Shown: positions 17,562 to 28,201, counted from the stretch's first letter. The stretch: 64,000 nt of DNA from Bacteroidales bacterium (GCA_963667975.1 OY764079.1:1182760-1246759); one strand, 5' to 3'. Program-made: numbers and translations. The notes: generated from the sequence alone by a model not told the origin.

Positions 17562-18083
17562 ATGGAATTTATCTTGCAAAGCTGCAAACTACGTTCCTGG
17601 CAGCTTGACGATGCAAAAGAGGTGGCAAAACAGGCCAACAACGAAAACATAGCCCGTAATCTCCGGGACGGCTTTCCCTATCCTTACCGCATAAAACATG
17701 CACGGTTTTGGATAAAATCAGTACTGAAAAATACTCAAAACATCAATCTTGCTATCGAACTTGATGGAAAAGTAGTGGGTAGCATTGGATTTTTCCCTTT
17801 CGATGATGTATATCGTTTAAGTGGAGAAATCGGGTATTGGTTAGCCGAACCACACTGGGGAAAAGGAATTGTAACAGAAGCGGTAAAGGTTCTTACAGAT
17901 TATATTTTTCAACATTCAGATGTTGTCAGAATTCAGGCCGAAGTGTTTCAGCAAAACCCGGCATCGGCTCGTGTACTGGAAAAAGCTGGATATAAACGTG
18001 AAGCCACCCTCGAAAAATCAGTGGTTAAATCCGGTGTACTGATGGATGCCTGGATGTATGTGAAACTGAAGGAAAATAATTGA
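17562..18083 (+). CDS. GNAT family N-acetyltransferase (RimJ/RimL-like)
   Basis: GYWLAEPHWGKGIVTEAVKVL and QQNPASARVLEKAGYKREA motifs. The ATG at 17562 is preferred over the TTG at 17520. Confidence 0.8.
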   Translation: MEFILQSCKLRSWQLDDAKEVAKQANNENIARNLRDGFPYPYRIKHARFWIKSVLKNTQNINLAIELDGKVVGSIGFFPFDDVYRLSGEIGYWLAEPHWGKGIVTEAVKVLTDYIFQHSDVVRIQAEVFQQNPASARVLEKAGYKREATLEKSVVKSGVLMDAWMYVKLKENN

Positions 18084-18156
18084 TCTGTTGTATGTAAAGT
18101 CGAGTATAAGGGTGTTGACAGCAATCTCCTCTATGTAGAAGTTATTAATTTCCAAG

Positions 18157-18246
18157 GCTAACGTTAAGGGAAAAGGTAAGAAAATATTACGGAAAAGGTG
18201 TTGAGACTAAGTGTCATTTAATGAGTGTTTTCCAAAAACGTTAGTT
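18157..18246 (+). repeat. Solitary attC-like site at the left edge of the R-M/AIPR island
   Basis: GCTAACGTTAAGGGAAAA (18157-) pairs with TTTTCCAAAAACGTTAGTT (-18246). It carries the same AAACGTTAG box as the array at 1-10.3 kb. Confidence 0.5.
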
Positions 18247-18424
18247 GCCGAAAAAAAGACAACCAAAGCTCATTATTTGACAACTGAATTAAAATCAGAA
18301 GATTTATAGCCCTTGATAATTTTGGCAATTGTTGAAAAGTTTCATGGACTGAAATACTCTTAATCGAAATAAACTCGCTACATTTGACAATTATTGTCAA
18401 ATGACATTTTTATAACTAAAAGCA

Positions 18425-18724
18425 ATGACAACAGGTGAATTAATAAGAGAAAAAAGAGAACTAAAAGGGTTGTTATTGCGAGATATATCAACTCAAGTTG
18501 GTATTGACACAGCAATATTAAGCAAAATTGAAAGAGGAGAAAGAAAAGCCACTAAAGAACAAATTGCAAAATTGGCTGAAATTCTCGAAATAGAGAGATG
18601 CTTTATATTGACTCAATATCTAAGTGAAAAAATTTTAGATGAAATTCAAAATGAAGATTTTGGAATAGAAGCATTAAAAGTTGCTGAACAAACAATTAAA
18701 TACGGCAGAGTAAATAATAAATAA
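18425..18724 (+). CDS. XRE-family HTH protein (candidate R-M controller)
   Basis: The LRDISTQVGIDTAILSKIERGERKAT helix-turn-helix lies 1 nt upstream of the methyltransferase gene. Confidence 0.75.
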   Translation: MTTGELIREKRELKGLLLRDISTQVGIDTAILSKIERGERKATKEQIAKLAEILEIERCFILTQYLSEKILDEIQNEDFGIEALKVAEQTIKYGRVNNK

Positions 18725-18725
18725 A

Positions 18726-20303
18726 ATGTCAGAATATTTATCAATAAACGAAGCAAGTGTATGGGCTTCAAACTACTTAGAAAAGAATGTTACAACCTCG
18801 AACATTTCTTATCTTATTCAGTATGGTCGAATAACAAAAATTGGCGAAAATGGTTCTATAATGATTTCTAAAGAAGAGTTGATAAATTATTATAAAAGTC
18901 ATAATAAAACAAAGCAAGAATCATGGAAAGACGAATTAGGAGAAGACCTTAATTGGACTTTATCTTTTGACCAATACAAAGAATCAGAAACGACAAAACA
19001 CGTCCATAGACTTCACCCTTATAAAGGAAAATTTATTCCACAATTGGTTGAATACTTCCTTGACAAACACACAGATAAATTTAAAAAAGAGGTATATTTC
19101 GAAGAAGGAGATATCGTTTTGGATCCATTTTCAGGAAGTGGAACAACTATGGTTCAGGCGTGTGAATTAGGAATACATGCCGTTGGTATTGATATCTCTG
19201 CATTTAATTCCTTGATTAGTAATTGTAAAGTTACGGATTATGACATTGTAGATGTTCAAACCGAAATAAATAGAATTACTAAATCTTTGAAATTCTTTTT
19301 GGAGAATTCACATACAGTTGAGTTTGAGGCAAAACTTTTTCAAGAACTAAACGTATTCAATAATCAATTTTTCCCTGTTCCTGACTACAAATACAAAGTT
19401 CATAGAAAAGAGATTAATGAAAAGGAATACGGAAAAGAAAAAGAATTGGATTTTTTGTCAATTTACAACAAATTGGTTGACGAGTATGGCATTAAATTAC
19501 GTCAGGATAAAAATGATACATTCCTTGATAAGTGGTACTCAAATCATATCAGAAAAGAAATTCAGTTTGTGTTCGATGAAATTAAAAAGATTCAAAATCG
19601 GGACACAAAAAGAATTGTGAGCATAATTTTGAGTAGAACAATTCGTAGTTGTCGAGCAACTACTCATGCCGATTTAGCAACACTATTAGAACCTGTTACT
19701 ACGACTTATTATTGTGGAAAACACGGAAAAATATGTAAACCGTTATTTTCTATTCTGAAATGGTGGGAAAGTTATTCAAAAGATACAATTAAACGGTTAG
19801 CTGAATATGATAGACTTAGGGGAAACACATTTCATACGTGCTTAACAGGAGATAGCAGAACCATTGATATTGTTGGTGAATTGGAAAAGCGAAACCCGGA
19901 ATTTGCCAACCTAATTTCAAAACAAAAAATCAAAGGGATTTTCTCTTCGCCACCTTATGTCGGCTTAATTGATTATCACGAACAACACGCTTACGCTTAT
20001 GATTTGTTTGGTTTTGAAAGAAAAGATGAATTAGAGATTGGCCCACTTTTCAAAGGACAGGGAAAAGAAGCAAAACAAAGTTATGTACAAGGAATAAGCG
20101 AGGTATTGAATAATGCAAAGAGATATTTAGTTGATGATTTTGATATTTTTCTGGTAGCAAACGACAAATATAATATGTATCCAACAATTGCAGAAAATGC
20201 TGGAATGCAGATTGTCAATCAATATAAAAGGCCTGTTTTAAATAGAACTGAAAAAGATAAAGGTGCATATTCTGAAATAATTTTCCATTTAAAAAACAAA
20301 TAA
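18726..20303 (+). CDS. DNA amino-methyltransferase (N6-A or N4-C), motif I before motif IV
   Basis: DPFSGSGTT (AdoMet motif I) is followed about 270 aa later by FSSPPYVGLIDY (catalytic SPPY). Confidence 0.8.
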   Translation: MSEYLSINEASVWASNYLEKNVTTSNISYLIQYGRITKIGENGSIMISKEELINYYKSHNKTKQESWKDELGEDLNWTLSFDQYKESETTKHVHRLHPYKGKFIPQLVEYFLDKHTDKFKKEVYFEEGDIVLDPFSGSGTTMVQACELGIHAVGIDISAFNSLISNCKVTDYDIVDVQTEINRITKSLKFFLENSHTVEFEAKLFQELNVFNNQFFPVPDYKYKVHRKEINEKEYGKEKELDFLSIYNKLVDEYGIKLRQDKNDTFLDKWYSNHIRKEIQFVFDEIKKIQNRDTKRIVSIILSRTIRSCRATTHADLATLLEPVTTTYYCGKHGKICKPLFSILKWWESYSKDTIKRLAEYDRLRGNTFHTCLTGDSRTIDIVGELEKRNPEFANLISKQKIKGIFSSPPYVGLIDYHEQHAYAYDLFGFERKDELEIGPLFKGQGKEAKQSYVQGISEVLNNAKRYLVDDFDIFLVANDKYNMYPTIAENAGMQIVNQYKRPVLNRTEKDKGAYSEIIFHLKNK

Positions 20304-20312
20304 CGACTTAAT

Positions 20313-22025
20313 ATGGCACAGAAATTTGACATTGGTCTAAATGCTAAAATCAATGAGTTTGTTAAGAAATTCAGTGTAGCAAGAACAGAAACCAATGATG
20401 ATGATGTTTTTGAAGACTTTGGAAATTACGTAGTTGCTTCTAATTTTTTAGAAGAAGAACTTGATGATGTCAAGTCGGTTTCAACAAATAAAGCCCAAGG
20501 CATTGACGGTATTGTTATTGTTGTGAATAATAAGTTAGTTTCAGAAGAATCTGATTTAGGTAAATTTGGACCAACAGAAGCTATTAAAATAAAAACCGGA
20601 TTTATTCAATCCACAACCAAAAACAGCTTTGATGAACAAAAATTTAGTGCTTTTACTGATGAAGTTGTAAAATTCCTTACAGGTTCCGTTGATATAGAGC
20701 CATATTCAACCATTTACAAAAAACTACTTGACGACTCAGGAAATTTTATTGACAGAATAGAAGAAACTCCACACTTATCGTTGTTTTTTCTTTCGGCAAG
20801 GACTTCACATAATATTGGAGAAGATAAAATAAACTTTGAAAAAACTAAGATTACTTCAAGGAGTGAAATTGAAAATAAATGTGTGCTAGATAAAATTTCT
20901 GTTTTTCAAAAAGATGAAATAAAAAGTGAATATGAGAAAATTTCTAAATTTCACACTATACAACTAAAATTCGAAAATAGCATTCCGTTGTCGTTGGTTG
21001 ATAATGTAGAGTTAAGCCTTCTATCAACCATAAAATTTTCAGAACTAAAGAAATTGATTTTGACTTCTGATAATAATTTAAAGGACAAATTATTTGTTGA
21101 AAATGTAAGAAATTACATAGGTTCTACACCAGTAAATTTAGATATTAAAAAGACTTTAGACACTGTTTCAGAAAGGAGTTACTTCCCTTTCTTGAATAAT
21201 GGGTTAGCCATTATCTGCGATAAAATTGAACGACATCCTGTAAGAGAGAAAGAGTTTATATTGACATTTCCAAGAATTATAAATGGTTGCCAAACCACCA
21301 ATGAATTGTTTAAAAAATATAAAGAATCTCCAGTCGAAAGTAATATGGATGATATTGAAGTTGTTGCCAAAATAATATCAACAAACGACAACAACTTAAA
21401 GAAAATGATTATTTACGCAGCAAACAATCAAAATTCAATTGCAAAAGACTTGCAATCATTAAATGAATTTCACGAAAAAATCGAAACTTATTATTTAGGA
21501 AAAGAAGAAGCAAATTTTCACTTATGCTTTGAAAGGCTAAGAGGACAACATTCAAATGTCATACCACCTTACAGTAAAGTTAATATTGAAACATTAGCGA
21601 GAGTTTTTATTTCTGTATTTCTGGAAAAACCCCATGAAATGAAAAGCAATGCCATTTCTGTAATTGAAAAATTTCAAAAGGAAGGTAAAATTTTCAATAG
21701 TACTAATCATGAAGCAAATCAATATTACTATTGCGGTGTATTATGGTATTGGTTTAATCATCTATTAGTTAACGGAAGTTTAACAATGTATTCTAAAACA
21801 ATGGATATGCATATACTGATGGCTTGTAATATGCTTTTAAAACAAAAAGGTAATAATTCGATTGACGAAAAGATAAATTATTTAGGAAATTCAAGTAATG
21901 CAACTAATATTTTCACAGAAACTGTTGACCTTTTAAATTCGAAAAATTACTTGTTTGAAAGAAGAGGCTTATATTCAAATCCCAAAACGGAACGTTTAAT
22001 ACAAGAAATCAATGCCACTAACTAA
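20313..22025 (+). CDS. AIPR (abortive-infection phage-resistance) family protein
   Basis: 570 aa, with a central FPRIINGCQTTNELF (NGxQT) signature as in the AIPR family. It is embedded in an R-M operon. Confidence 0.6.
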   Translation: MAQKFDIGLNAKINEFVKKFSVARTETNDDDVFEDFGNYVVASNFLEEELDDVKSVSTNKAQGIDGIVIVVNNKLVSEESDLGKFGPTEAIKIKTGFIQSTTKNSFDEQKFSAFTDEVVKFLTGSVDIEPYSTIYKKLLDDSGNFIDRIEETPHLSLFFLSARTSHNIGEDKINFEKTKITSRSEIENKCVLDKISVFQKDEIKSEYEKISKFHTIQLKFENSIPLSLVDNVELSLLSTIKFSELKKLILTSDNNLKDKLFVENVRNYIGSTPVNLDIKKTLDTVSERSYFPFLNNGLAIICDKIERHPVREKEFILTFPRIINGCQTTNELFKKYKESPVESNMDDIEVVAKIISTNDNNLKKMIIYAANNQNSIAKDLQSLNEFHEKIETYYLGKEEANFHLCFERLRGQHSNVIPPYSKVNIETLARVFISVFLEKPHEMKSNAISVIEKFQKEGKIFNSTNHEANQYYYCGVLWYWFNHLLVNGSLTMYSKTMDMHILMACNMLLKQKGNNSIDEKINYLGNSSNATNIFTETVDLLNSKNYLFERRGLYSNPKTERLIQEINATN

Positions 22026-22791
22026 ACAACAAATCGCAGAAGTTGAAAATGTTCTAAGAACAAGCCTTCGACATAAATTTCAAAGTTACAACCCTGAACC
22101 GGCTGTAATGCCTTTTCATACCCGTTTATTAGGGAAAGACAGGTTGGCCCTTTACTCTTTTATTCATTCGTTGAATACTAATTTTGGAACCAGTATCTTC
22201 GAACCTGTCGCTTTAGCATTGGGTGCTACAAAATTTAAATCTGCTCAATCTCAAGCAACAGCAGGCACAAAGATTTCGTCAGAAGCTCATAAAGTAATTC
22301 AGAACATTATGGATAGTCTGGCAATAGCTGAAATTTCACCAAATAAAATAGATGAAATTGCTGCAATTAGAGCAGTATGTCAATCAGGAGAAATGAAAAC
22401 GGTAAAACCAACAAAAGTGGATGTGAAAATCATAGGTCATGACGATACTATTTATCTTTTCGACATAAAAACAGCTAAACCAAATGCCGGAGGTTTCAAA
22501 GAGTTTAAACGCACGCTGTTAGAATGGGTAGCAACGACTCTAGCTGCGAATCCAACAGCTAACATAGAAACATTAATTGCAATTCCTTACAATCCATATG
22601 ATCCTCAACCATATAGCCGTTGGACAATGCGTGGTATGCTTGATTTACCACACGAATTAAAAGTAGCAGAAGAATTTTGGGATTTTTTGGGTGGAGAAAG
22701 TGCATATCAGGATTTGCTTGGTTGTTTTGAAAGAGTTGGGATTGAACTTCGCGCAGAAATTGATGAATATTTTCTAAGGTTTAATCAATAA
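22012..22791 (+). CDS. Type II restriction endonuclease candidate (TdeIII-like)
   Basis: 259 aa, overlapping the AIPR stop by 14 nt. MPFHTRLLGKDRLALYSFIHSLNTNFGTSIFE resembles my recollection of the TdeIII family. The operon context supports a restriction function. Confidence 0.5.
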   Translation: MPLTKQQIAEVENVLRTSLRHKFQSYNPEPAVMPFHTRLLGKDRLALYSFIHSLNTNFGTSIFEPVALALGATKFKSAQSQATAGTKISSEAHKVIQNIMDSLAIAEISPNKIDEIAAIRAVCQSGEMKTVKPTKVDVKIIGHDDTIYLFDIKTAKPNAGGFKEFKRTLLEWVATTLAANPTANIETLIAIPYNPYDPQPYSRWTMRGMLDLPHELKVAEEFWDFLGGESAYQDLLGCFERVGIELRAEIDEYFLRFNQ

Positions 22792-22840
22792 TAACACTGA
22801 TAAAACGTATCTTCGCAACAATTTTACGGATATTCCGGTT

Positions 22841-24169
22841 TTACAGATCTAATTTATACAATCGTTTCCGGGAGTCGGTACCCTTTGGCTTATAGAGAAA
22901 ATAAACAGCCTGCTGATATACCTTCATTTTTTCGACAAACGGGAAAGGGATTTTAAGCGACGTACCACAGAATTGCCCGTTTTGTATGTTTATTTGATGA
23001 AGGGTATATTGTCCGTCCTGCAATGTGAAGGCGTAAAAATCTTTTTCAGATTCGGATACGATCATTTTATCAGATAAAAATGACGGTGTTTTTGGGAAAG
23101 AGAGTGTTTGTTCACGGATAATCTGCCCCGGGCAATTAAAAATGGTTAGGAGATTTGCAACATAATCGAATATATACAAGGTGTCTCTGAAAGAGAAAAA
23201 ATGTGTGTCAATGGGTTTTGATAATATTCGGGTATAGATTTCGGCATTATGCCGGGTTGTAGTGGTGCGTACCTTCAGGTTTATTCTCCAGTCATTATTC
23301 CCGGAATTACTGCCTGTCGGACCGGAAAATGCTTCTCCCGCATATTTGGACGAAGATAAATTTTCAGAAATTTCCTTGCTGAAATCTTCACAACGTCTTT
23401 CGGACACCGGGTCTGTCCGGGAATAAAGCGGTTGCATAATTCCTGCATGAACCCTGTAATAAAAAACAGACTTGTTATGAGGCCCATACAACCGGTAAAT
23501 TAAGGTATCGGAACACATTCCAAGAGATGGGGTAATAAACAGGTTAAAATCTGTGATTGAGATGCCCGGAAAAAAGTAAATTTCAGTTTCCTTATCGCTT
23601 ATCTGGAAAGCAGAATCCTCCGAAACAAGAAAGAGATTCGACCGGAAATCCTTATACAATGTGTTACATTTTTTCAGGCTTCCGGTAAGTTCGGTTTGCC
23701 AGAGTATGCTGTCGTGCAAGGTTCTGAAACTTAACATTGAAGTACGATTATTCAGGTGAAGCAGCATAAGTCCTTTGTTCCATATTTCATAGCTGGTAAC
23801 CCATATTCCTTCCTCCCGAGTGACTACTTCTGTTTGCCGGGAATGAATTTCAATTTCATCCAGCTCAGTGGGATTTCCCCGAAGCGTGATAAGAAAAAGA
23901 GAATCGTGACGACGAGGCAGATCAAACGGAATGGTATCCGTATAATATCCTATAAAACTTACAATCAGCGCTCCGTGCCTGGGAGTATTTAAACAAAAAA
24001 GACCGTCACTTCCGCTTGTAGTTCCGGTTTGGGTATTTTTCAGTCGGATATTTGCAGGATATAATACGTCACCCTGTTGATTTACAATTTTACCGCAAAG
24101 TACATCTTGCGAATATCCATTTAGTGTACCTGTAACTAAAATGCAAAAAAGAATAATTTTCAGGATTTT
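22841..24169 (-). CDS. Secreted protein with N-terminal carboxypeptidase-regulatory-like domain
   Basis: The start is set at MKILKIILFCILV (signal peptide). It is followed by CGKIVNQQGDVLYPANIRLKNTQTGTTSGSDGLFCL, a CarboxypepD_reg-like segment. Confidence 0.6.
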   Translation of the reverse strand, partial: KILKIILFCILVTGTLNGYSQDVLCGKIVNQQGDVLYPANIRLKNTQTGTTSGSDGLFCLNTPRHGALIVSFIGYYTDTIPFDLPRRHDSLFLITLRGNPTELDEIEIHSRQTEVVTREEGIWVTSYEIWNKGLMLLHLNNRTSMLSFRTLHDSILWQTELTGSLKKCNTLYKDFRSNLFLVSEDSAFQISDKETEIYFFPGISITDFNLFITPSLGMCSDTLIYRLYGPHNKSVFYYRVHAGIMQPLYSRTDPVSERRCEDFSKEISENLSSSKYAGEAFSGPTGSNSGNNDWRINLKVRTTTTRHNAEIYTRILSKPIDTHFFSFRDTLYIFDYVANLLTIFNCPGQIIREQTLSFPKTPSFLSDKMIVSESEKDFYAFTLQDGQYTLHQINIQNGQFCGTSLKIPFPFVEKMKVYQQAVYFLYKPKGTDSRKRLYKLDL

Positions 24170-24391
24170 CATTGTGGGCGTAATCATGGAAGCATTTTTA
24201 GTTAATAACTGAAAATCAATGCACAAATTTTATGCCATGAGTTTTTGATGAGATTATGTAGTTTGAAGTCGAAAGATGCAGCTTGTTGTTCCCTCGTGCC
24301 TGATAAAGAGGGTTTCTCAGGACGAGAAGCGTATTCATCAACCGCTGTTGTTGATGGACAGAATGTTCGGGACTCTGCAAAAGGGGAGAAA

Positions 24392-25954
24392 TTAGCCTTT
24401 GTTGGCAATGACCAGTGCCGCATTTACGCCATCCATGGCGGAGCTGACAATTCCTCCAGCATAGCCGGCTCCTTCACCACAGGGATAAAGATTGAGGATT
24501 TGCGGATGATTCATCTTCTCATCAACTCTTGGAATCCTGACTGGGGAGGATGTGCGTGATTCTACTCCCAGAATCACTCCATTGGATGTGTAATATCCTT
24601 TCATTTTCTCACCAAAATCACGGAAGGCTTGTTGCAGTCTGCGCCCGATAAAAGGGGGGAGTATCTCGTGCAATGGGGCTGATTTCACGCCCGGAATATA
24701 AGAGGTTTTGGGTAAATCTGCCGATATTTTTCCTTTGGCGAAGTCCGTGATTCTTTGTGCAGGAGCTACTTGTGATGAACCTCCGGCAATATACATTGCT
24801 TTTTCGAGATCTTCCTGAAAATACAATCCGGCTAAAGGTCCAAATTTTTGATATTCTGCCAGGTCTTCAGGTTCTACGGATACCACAATCCCTGAATTTG
24901 CAAAAGGCGAATTACGTTGAGAGTTCGACATACCGTTTATAACAAGCTGTTCATCGGCGGTAGCCGAGGGTACCATCATTCCGCCGGGGCACATACAGAA
25001 TGAAAAAACGCCTCTGTTTTCTACCTGTGTAACAAGACTGTAAGATGCTGCCGGTAAAAAAGGATTGCGTTGTGGCGCGTGATATTGAATTTGATCAATC
25101 AGCAATTGAGGATGCTCAGCCCTAACCCCAACAGCAAATGATTTTGCTTCGAGCAGAATGTTTTTCTTTTGCAGTAAACGGTACATTTCACGGGAGGAAT
25201 GTCCGATGGCAAGGATAACCTCTTCTACATCCGTTTTTGTTCCGGATCGGTCGATCAATGTTTTGATTTTATTTCCTTCGAGTTCAAAATCTTCGATGCA
25301 GGTATTAAAATGGATTTCTCCACCGGCATCCAGAATCGTTTGACGAATTGAGGCGATAATATTGGGGAGCTTGTCGGTGCCGATATGTGGGTGAGCATCA
25401 ATCAGAATATCTGTATTTGCACCATTTTCCACAAGCTTTTGCAGGATGTTTTTGACATTTCCGCGTTTGTTGGAACGGGTGTAAAGTTTTCCGTCAGAAT
25501 AGGTTCCCGCGCCTCCTTCGCCAAAGCAATAGTTGGAATCCGGATTTACTTTGTGTTCGCGGTTGAGTGCAGCCAAATCGTGTTTACGCTCTTTTACATC
25601 TTTTCCGCGTTCGAAAATGATAGGTTTTAGTCCGTTTTCAATCAGTGTTAATGCCGCAAACAATCCTGCCGGACCCGCTCCGATAATGGCGACTGGTTTT
25701 TTAGAATGGACATCCTGATATCTCGATTTTTGAGCTTCTTCTGCGGAAACATCGTAATGGTCGTCATGCGTAAAAACCTGAACTTTAAGTTTTATCAGGA
25801 TGTTTCCTTTTCGGGCATCTATAGAACGTTTCAGAATTGCGGTGTGATTGATTTTCGTGTCCGGAACGTGTGCTTTCTGGGCTATCAGAGGTAAATATAA
25901 TAAAGGATTTGACGCTTCTTTAGGCGACAAAGCAATTTCGAATTCTCTAATCAT
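24392..25954 (-). CDS. FAD-dependent oxidoreductase (COG2509-type)
   Basis: VAIIGAGPAGLFAAL dinucleotide-binding motif; 520 aa. Confidence 0.75.
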   Translation of the reverse strand: MIREFEIALSPKEASNPLLYLPLIAQKAHVPDTKINHTAILKRSIDARKGNILIKLKVQVFTHDDHYDVSAEEAQKSRYQDVHSKKPVAIIGAGPAGLFAALTLIENGLKPIIFERGKDVKERKHDLAALNREHKVNPDSNYCFGEGGAGTYSDGKLYTRSNKRGNVKNILQKLVENGANTDILIDAHPHIGTDKLPNIIASIRQTILDAGGEIHFNTCIEDFELEGNKIKTLIDRSGTKTDVEEVILAIGHSSREMYRLLQKKNILLEAKSFAVGVRAEHPQLLIDQIQYHAPQRNPFLPAASYSLVTQVENRGVFSFCMCPGGMMVPSATADEQLVINGMSNSQRNSPFANSGIVVSVEPEDLAEYQKFGPLAGLYFQEDLEKAMYIAGGSSQVAPAQRITDFAKGKISADLPKTSYIPGVKSAPLHEILPPFIGRRLQQAFRDFGEKMKGYYTSNGVILGVESRTSSPVRIPRVDEKMNHPQILNLYPCGEGAGYAGGIVSSAMDGVNAALVIANKG

Positions 25955-25962
25955 GAATTTAT

Positions 25963-26682
25963 CTATTCAAATGTAAATGAAATCTGCAGCATCTTATTGC
26001 GTAAACGTTCGATGCCGTCAGTATAAACGTTGTTTTCGTAAATCAGAAGGTTTTTCATACCCCATGACATTTTAAGTTCGGTTGCAAACTTGAAATAGGT
26101 GAGATAAAAATCAAACCCTACTCCCAGCGAAAGCATAATGTCGTCACGGCGAAGTTTTACGATAATTTCTTCGTTTTCTTCTTTCTTTTTGGCTTGTGAA
26201 GCCAGATCGAGAATATATTTGGCTCCACCAATCAGGTATGCTCTTGAGTTTATCAAACGCTTTGATTTGTACTTGAGTTCCAGCGGAAATTCCAGATAAG
26301 TTGACTCAATTTTTTTATTCACTTCTGAAAAAACAGTATTGTTAAACTTGATGAAATAATTGATATTACGTTCGCCAAACGAAAGAGTGGGCGTAAAACG
26401 AAGATCAAAATATTCTCCAAGGCGAAGGTTGGCCAAAATCCCTACATTAAAACCAAGTTTAGGGGATGGTTCAATGCCATAAAGAGTATCTATACTTGTA
26501 TTGAGTTCCTGTACATTTTTCAGGGTAAAATCCATATTGTTTAAGCCAAGTAAAAAACCAAAGTGATATGGTTTTAGATCGTAGTTAGGATTGTTAGGCA
26601 TCCTTGTACGCTGAGCTTTTGTACTGCTGAAGTTTGCCAGTAAGGCAATTAAAACGATATAGAAAACAACTTTTTTCAACAT
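25963..26682 (-). CDS. Outer-membrane beta-barrel protein (PorT/porin-family-like)
   Basis: Signal peptide MLKKVVFYIVLIALLANFSSTKA followed by alternating hydrophobic beta-strand patterns. Confidence 0.55.
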   Translation of the reverse strand: MLKKVVFYIVLIALLANFSSTKAQRTRMPNNPNYDLKPYHFGFLLGLNNMDFTLKNVQELNTSIDTLYGIEPSPKLGFNVGILANLRLGEYFDLRFTPTLSFGERNINYFIKFNNTVFSEVNKKIESTYLEFPLELKYKSKRLINSRAYLIGGAKYILDLASQAKKKEENEEIIVKLRRDDIMLSLGVGFDFYLTYFKFATELKMSWGMKNLLIYENNVYTDGIERLRNKMLQISFTFE

Positions 26683-27498
26683 GAAAATGTATTAAGATAT
26701 CGTAAAACGAGATTCAACCCTGATTATTTTATGTTTGTTCGAATGACGATGGTTGAATTATCCGGCAAAAGTACGAATTTCTTTGATTGTCAATAGTATG
26801 TTTCAATCCGATTGAAAAAATGCAGCAGTCCGGTCTTCCGTATTCGATTGATCTTGATATTTCAGAGTATCGATAGTATATCACAAAGGATTGAGTTTAA
26901 AATAAATGTAAATCCAGGTATCTTTTATCATTCGGGTTGAGTTATCTTCTTATGCTTTATTCTGGTTGTAAGGTACTTTTTGCTCTTTTTCATGTTGAGT
27001 GTTTCATACTCCCGTTATGTTGAGCGTAATCGAAGGGTGATTATTAAACACATTTATTTTCTTTGGATAATGAATCGTAATTCAAGTTCATAAATACCAG
27101 AGATCTCTGTACCAGAGTTGAAAAGTAAGGCACAGAGGAGTGCATTATCTGTACGAGAATAAGATTGCAAAATATCAGGGTGCAGCGTACCGTACACGTT
27201 TCAATTAAAGGTCTCATCAGAAAAATACGCAGGATAAAATATTTTCCGGATAATTTGTTAATCACTCTGCCCTTCCAACCTCGTTTGATGAGAGGAAGAA
27301 AGAAAAGAAGGCGTTAAAAAACTGTCCGGAATTTGCACTAAAAATCACCCTTTTTGAACAAAAATCCTACACATGGACGATAAACTATGAAAGTAAGGTG
27401 ATATTTCTAAGTACAAAATTCCGGTACAATTTATTTTAAACCTTAAACAACATAAACCTGAGAAAAAATACAGAATTCAGAATCTTTCCCAGATAACA

Positions 27499-27951
27499 TC
27501 ATTCCCGCATGTTTGCAATCAGCCAGGCTTCGGCATGTTCGATATCGTCAAACATCCAGAAATTATATCTGTGAAAATTGTAATACAAAATAAAAAAATC
27601 ACGTTTCTGAATGCTTCCATAATTATCGGATCGTAGTAATCCTATATACATATCGTCGGTTATCAGGAGCGTTTGAATATAGGCATAGATATTCATAAAT
27701 CCGCAATAATCAATATCACCTTCAAGCTGATCAATGAATAATGCATGTTTTATTCTGTTTAACAATAAAATGGATGAGATTTCATAATAAATAAATTTAT
27801 ATGCTTTCTCCGACATCCTTCCTGAAACATGAATATAGACAATATCATTTACAATCTCGTACGAAAGAGAGTACTCTCCATTGTATTCCAGCATAGGATA
27901 CGGTGAAGATTTTTGCAGAGGAATGTTGAGGCGGGTAAAGATATTATTCAT
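27499..27951 (-). CDS. Small STAS-like protein, paralog P1
   Basis: Shares KAYKFIYYEISS and C-terminal F..IEHAEAWL motifs with 29914..30354 and 37905..38342. The ATG at 27951 is preferred over the TTG at 27972. Confidence 0.65.
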   Translation of the reverse strand: MNNIFTRLNIPLQKSSPYPMLEYNGEYSLSYEIVNDIVYIHVSGRMSEKAYKFIYYEISSILLLNRIKHALFIDQLEGDIDYCGFMNIYAYIQTLLITDDMYIGLLRSDNYGSIQKRDFFILYYNFHRYNFWMFDDIEHAEAWLIANMRE

Positions 27952-28201
27952 ATAACTTGCATTAGGAGGCAATCGCTATTTCAAAGATCGTTATTGAGTA
28001 GCAGCTTTTTTTACAATGTATAGACAGATTTGCAAATCTGGCGATTAATTGTATTTTATTATACACTGGCAACTATAGCAAAACCAACACATAACACTGA
28101 TAATAAAGCAAATAAACCATACGAAAAAGAATGTTGTTTAAAGGCAGTATCTATCAGATTTACACCACTTCTCTTAAAAAACATTCTTTTTTCAATCTGA
28201 G

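Noticed and set aside
17465-18246. GNAT gene as an integron cassette (AATCGTTACTT box at about 17507 upstream, attC-like site downstream)
   Set aside because: The upstream sequence is better explained as a simple terminator hairpin (AATTCTG ... CAGAATT) of the preceding gene. The GNAT gene also has core-like composition. Only the downstream site is reported.
24202-24559. ORFs 24202..24423 (-) and 24245..24559 (+)
   Set aside because: They overlap each other and the 3' end of the FAD-oxidoreductase gene. They have no motifs and lie in a short intergenic region between real genes.
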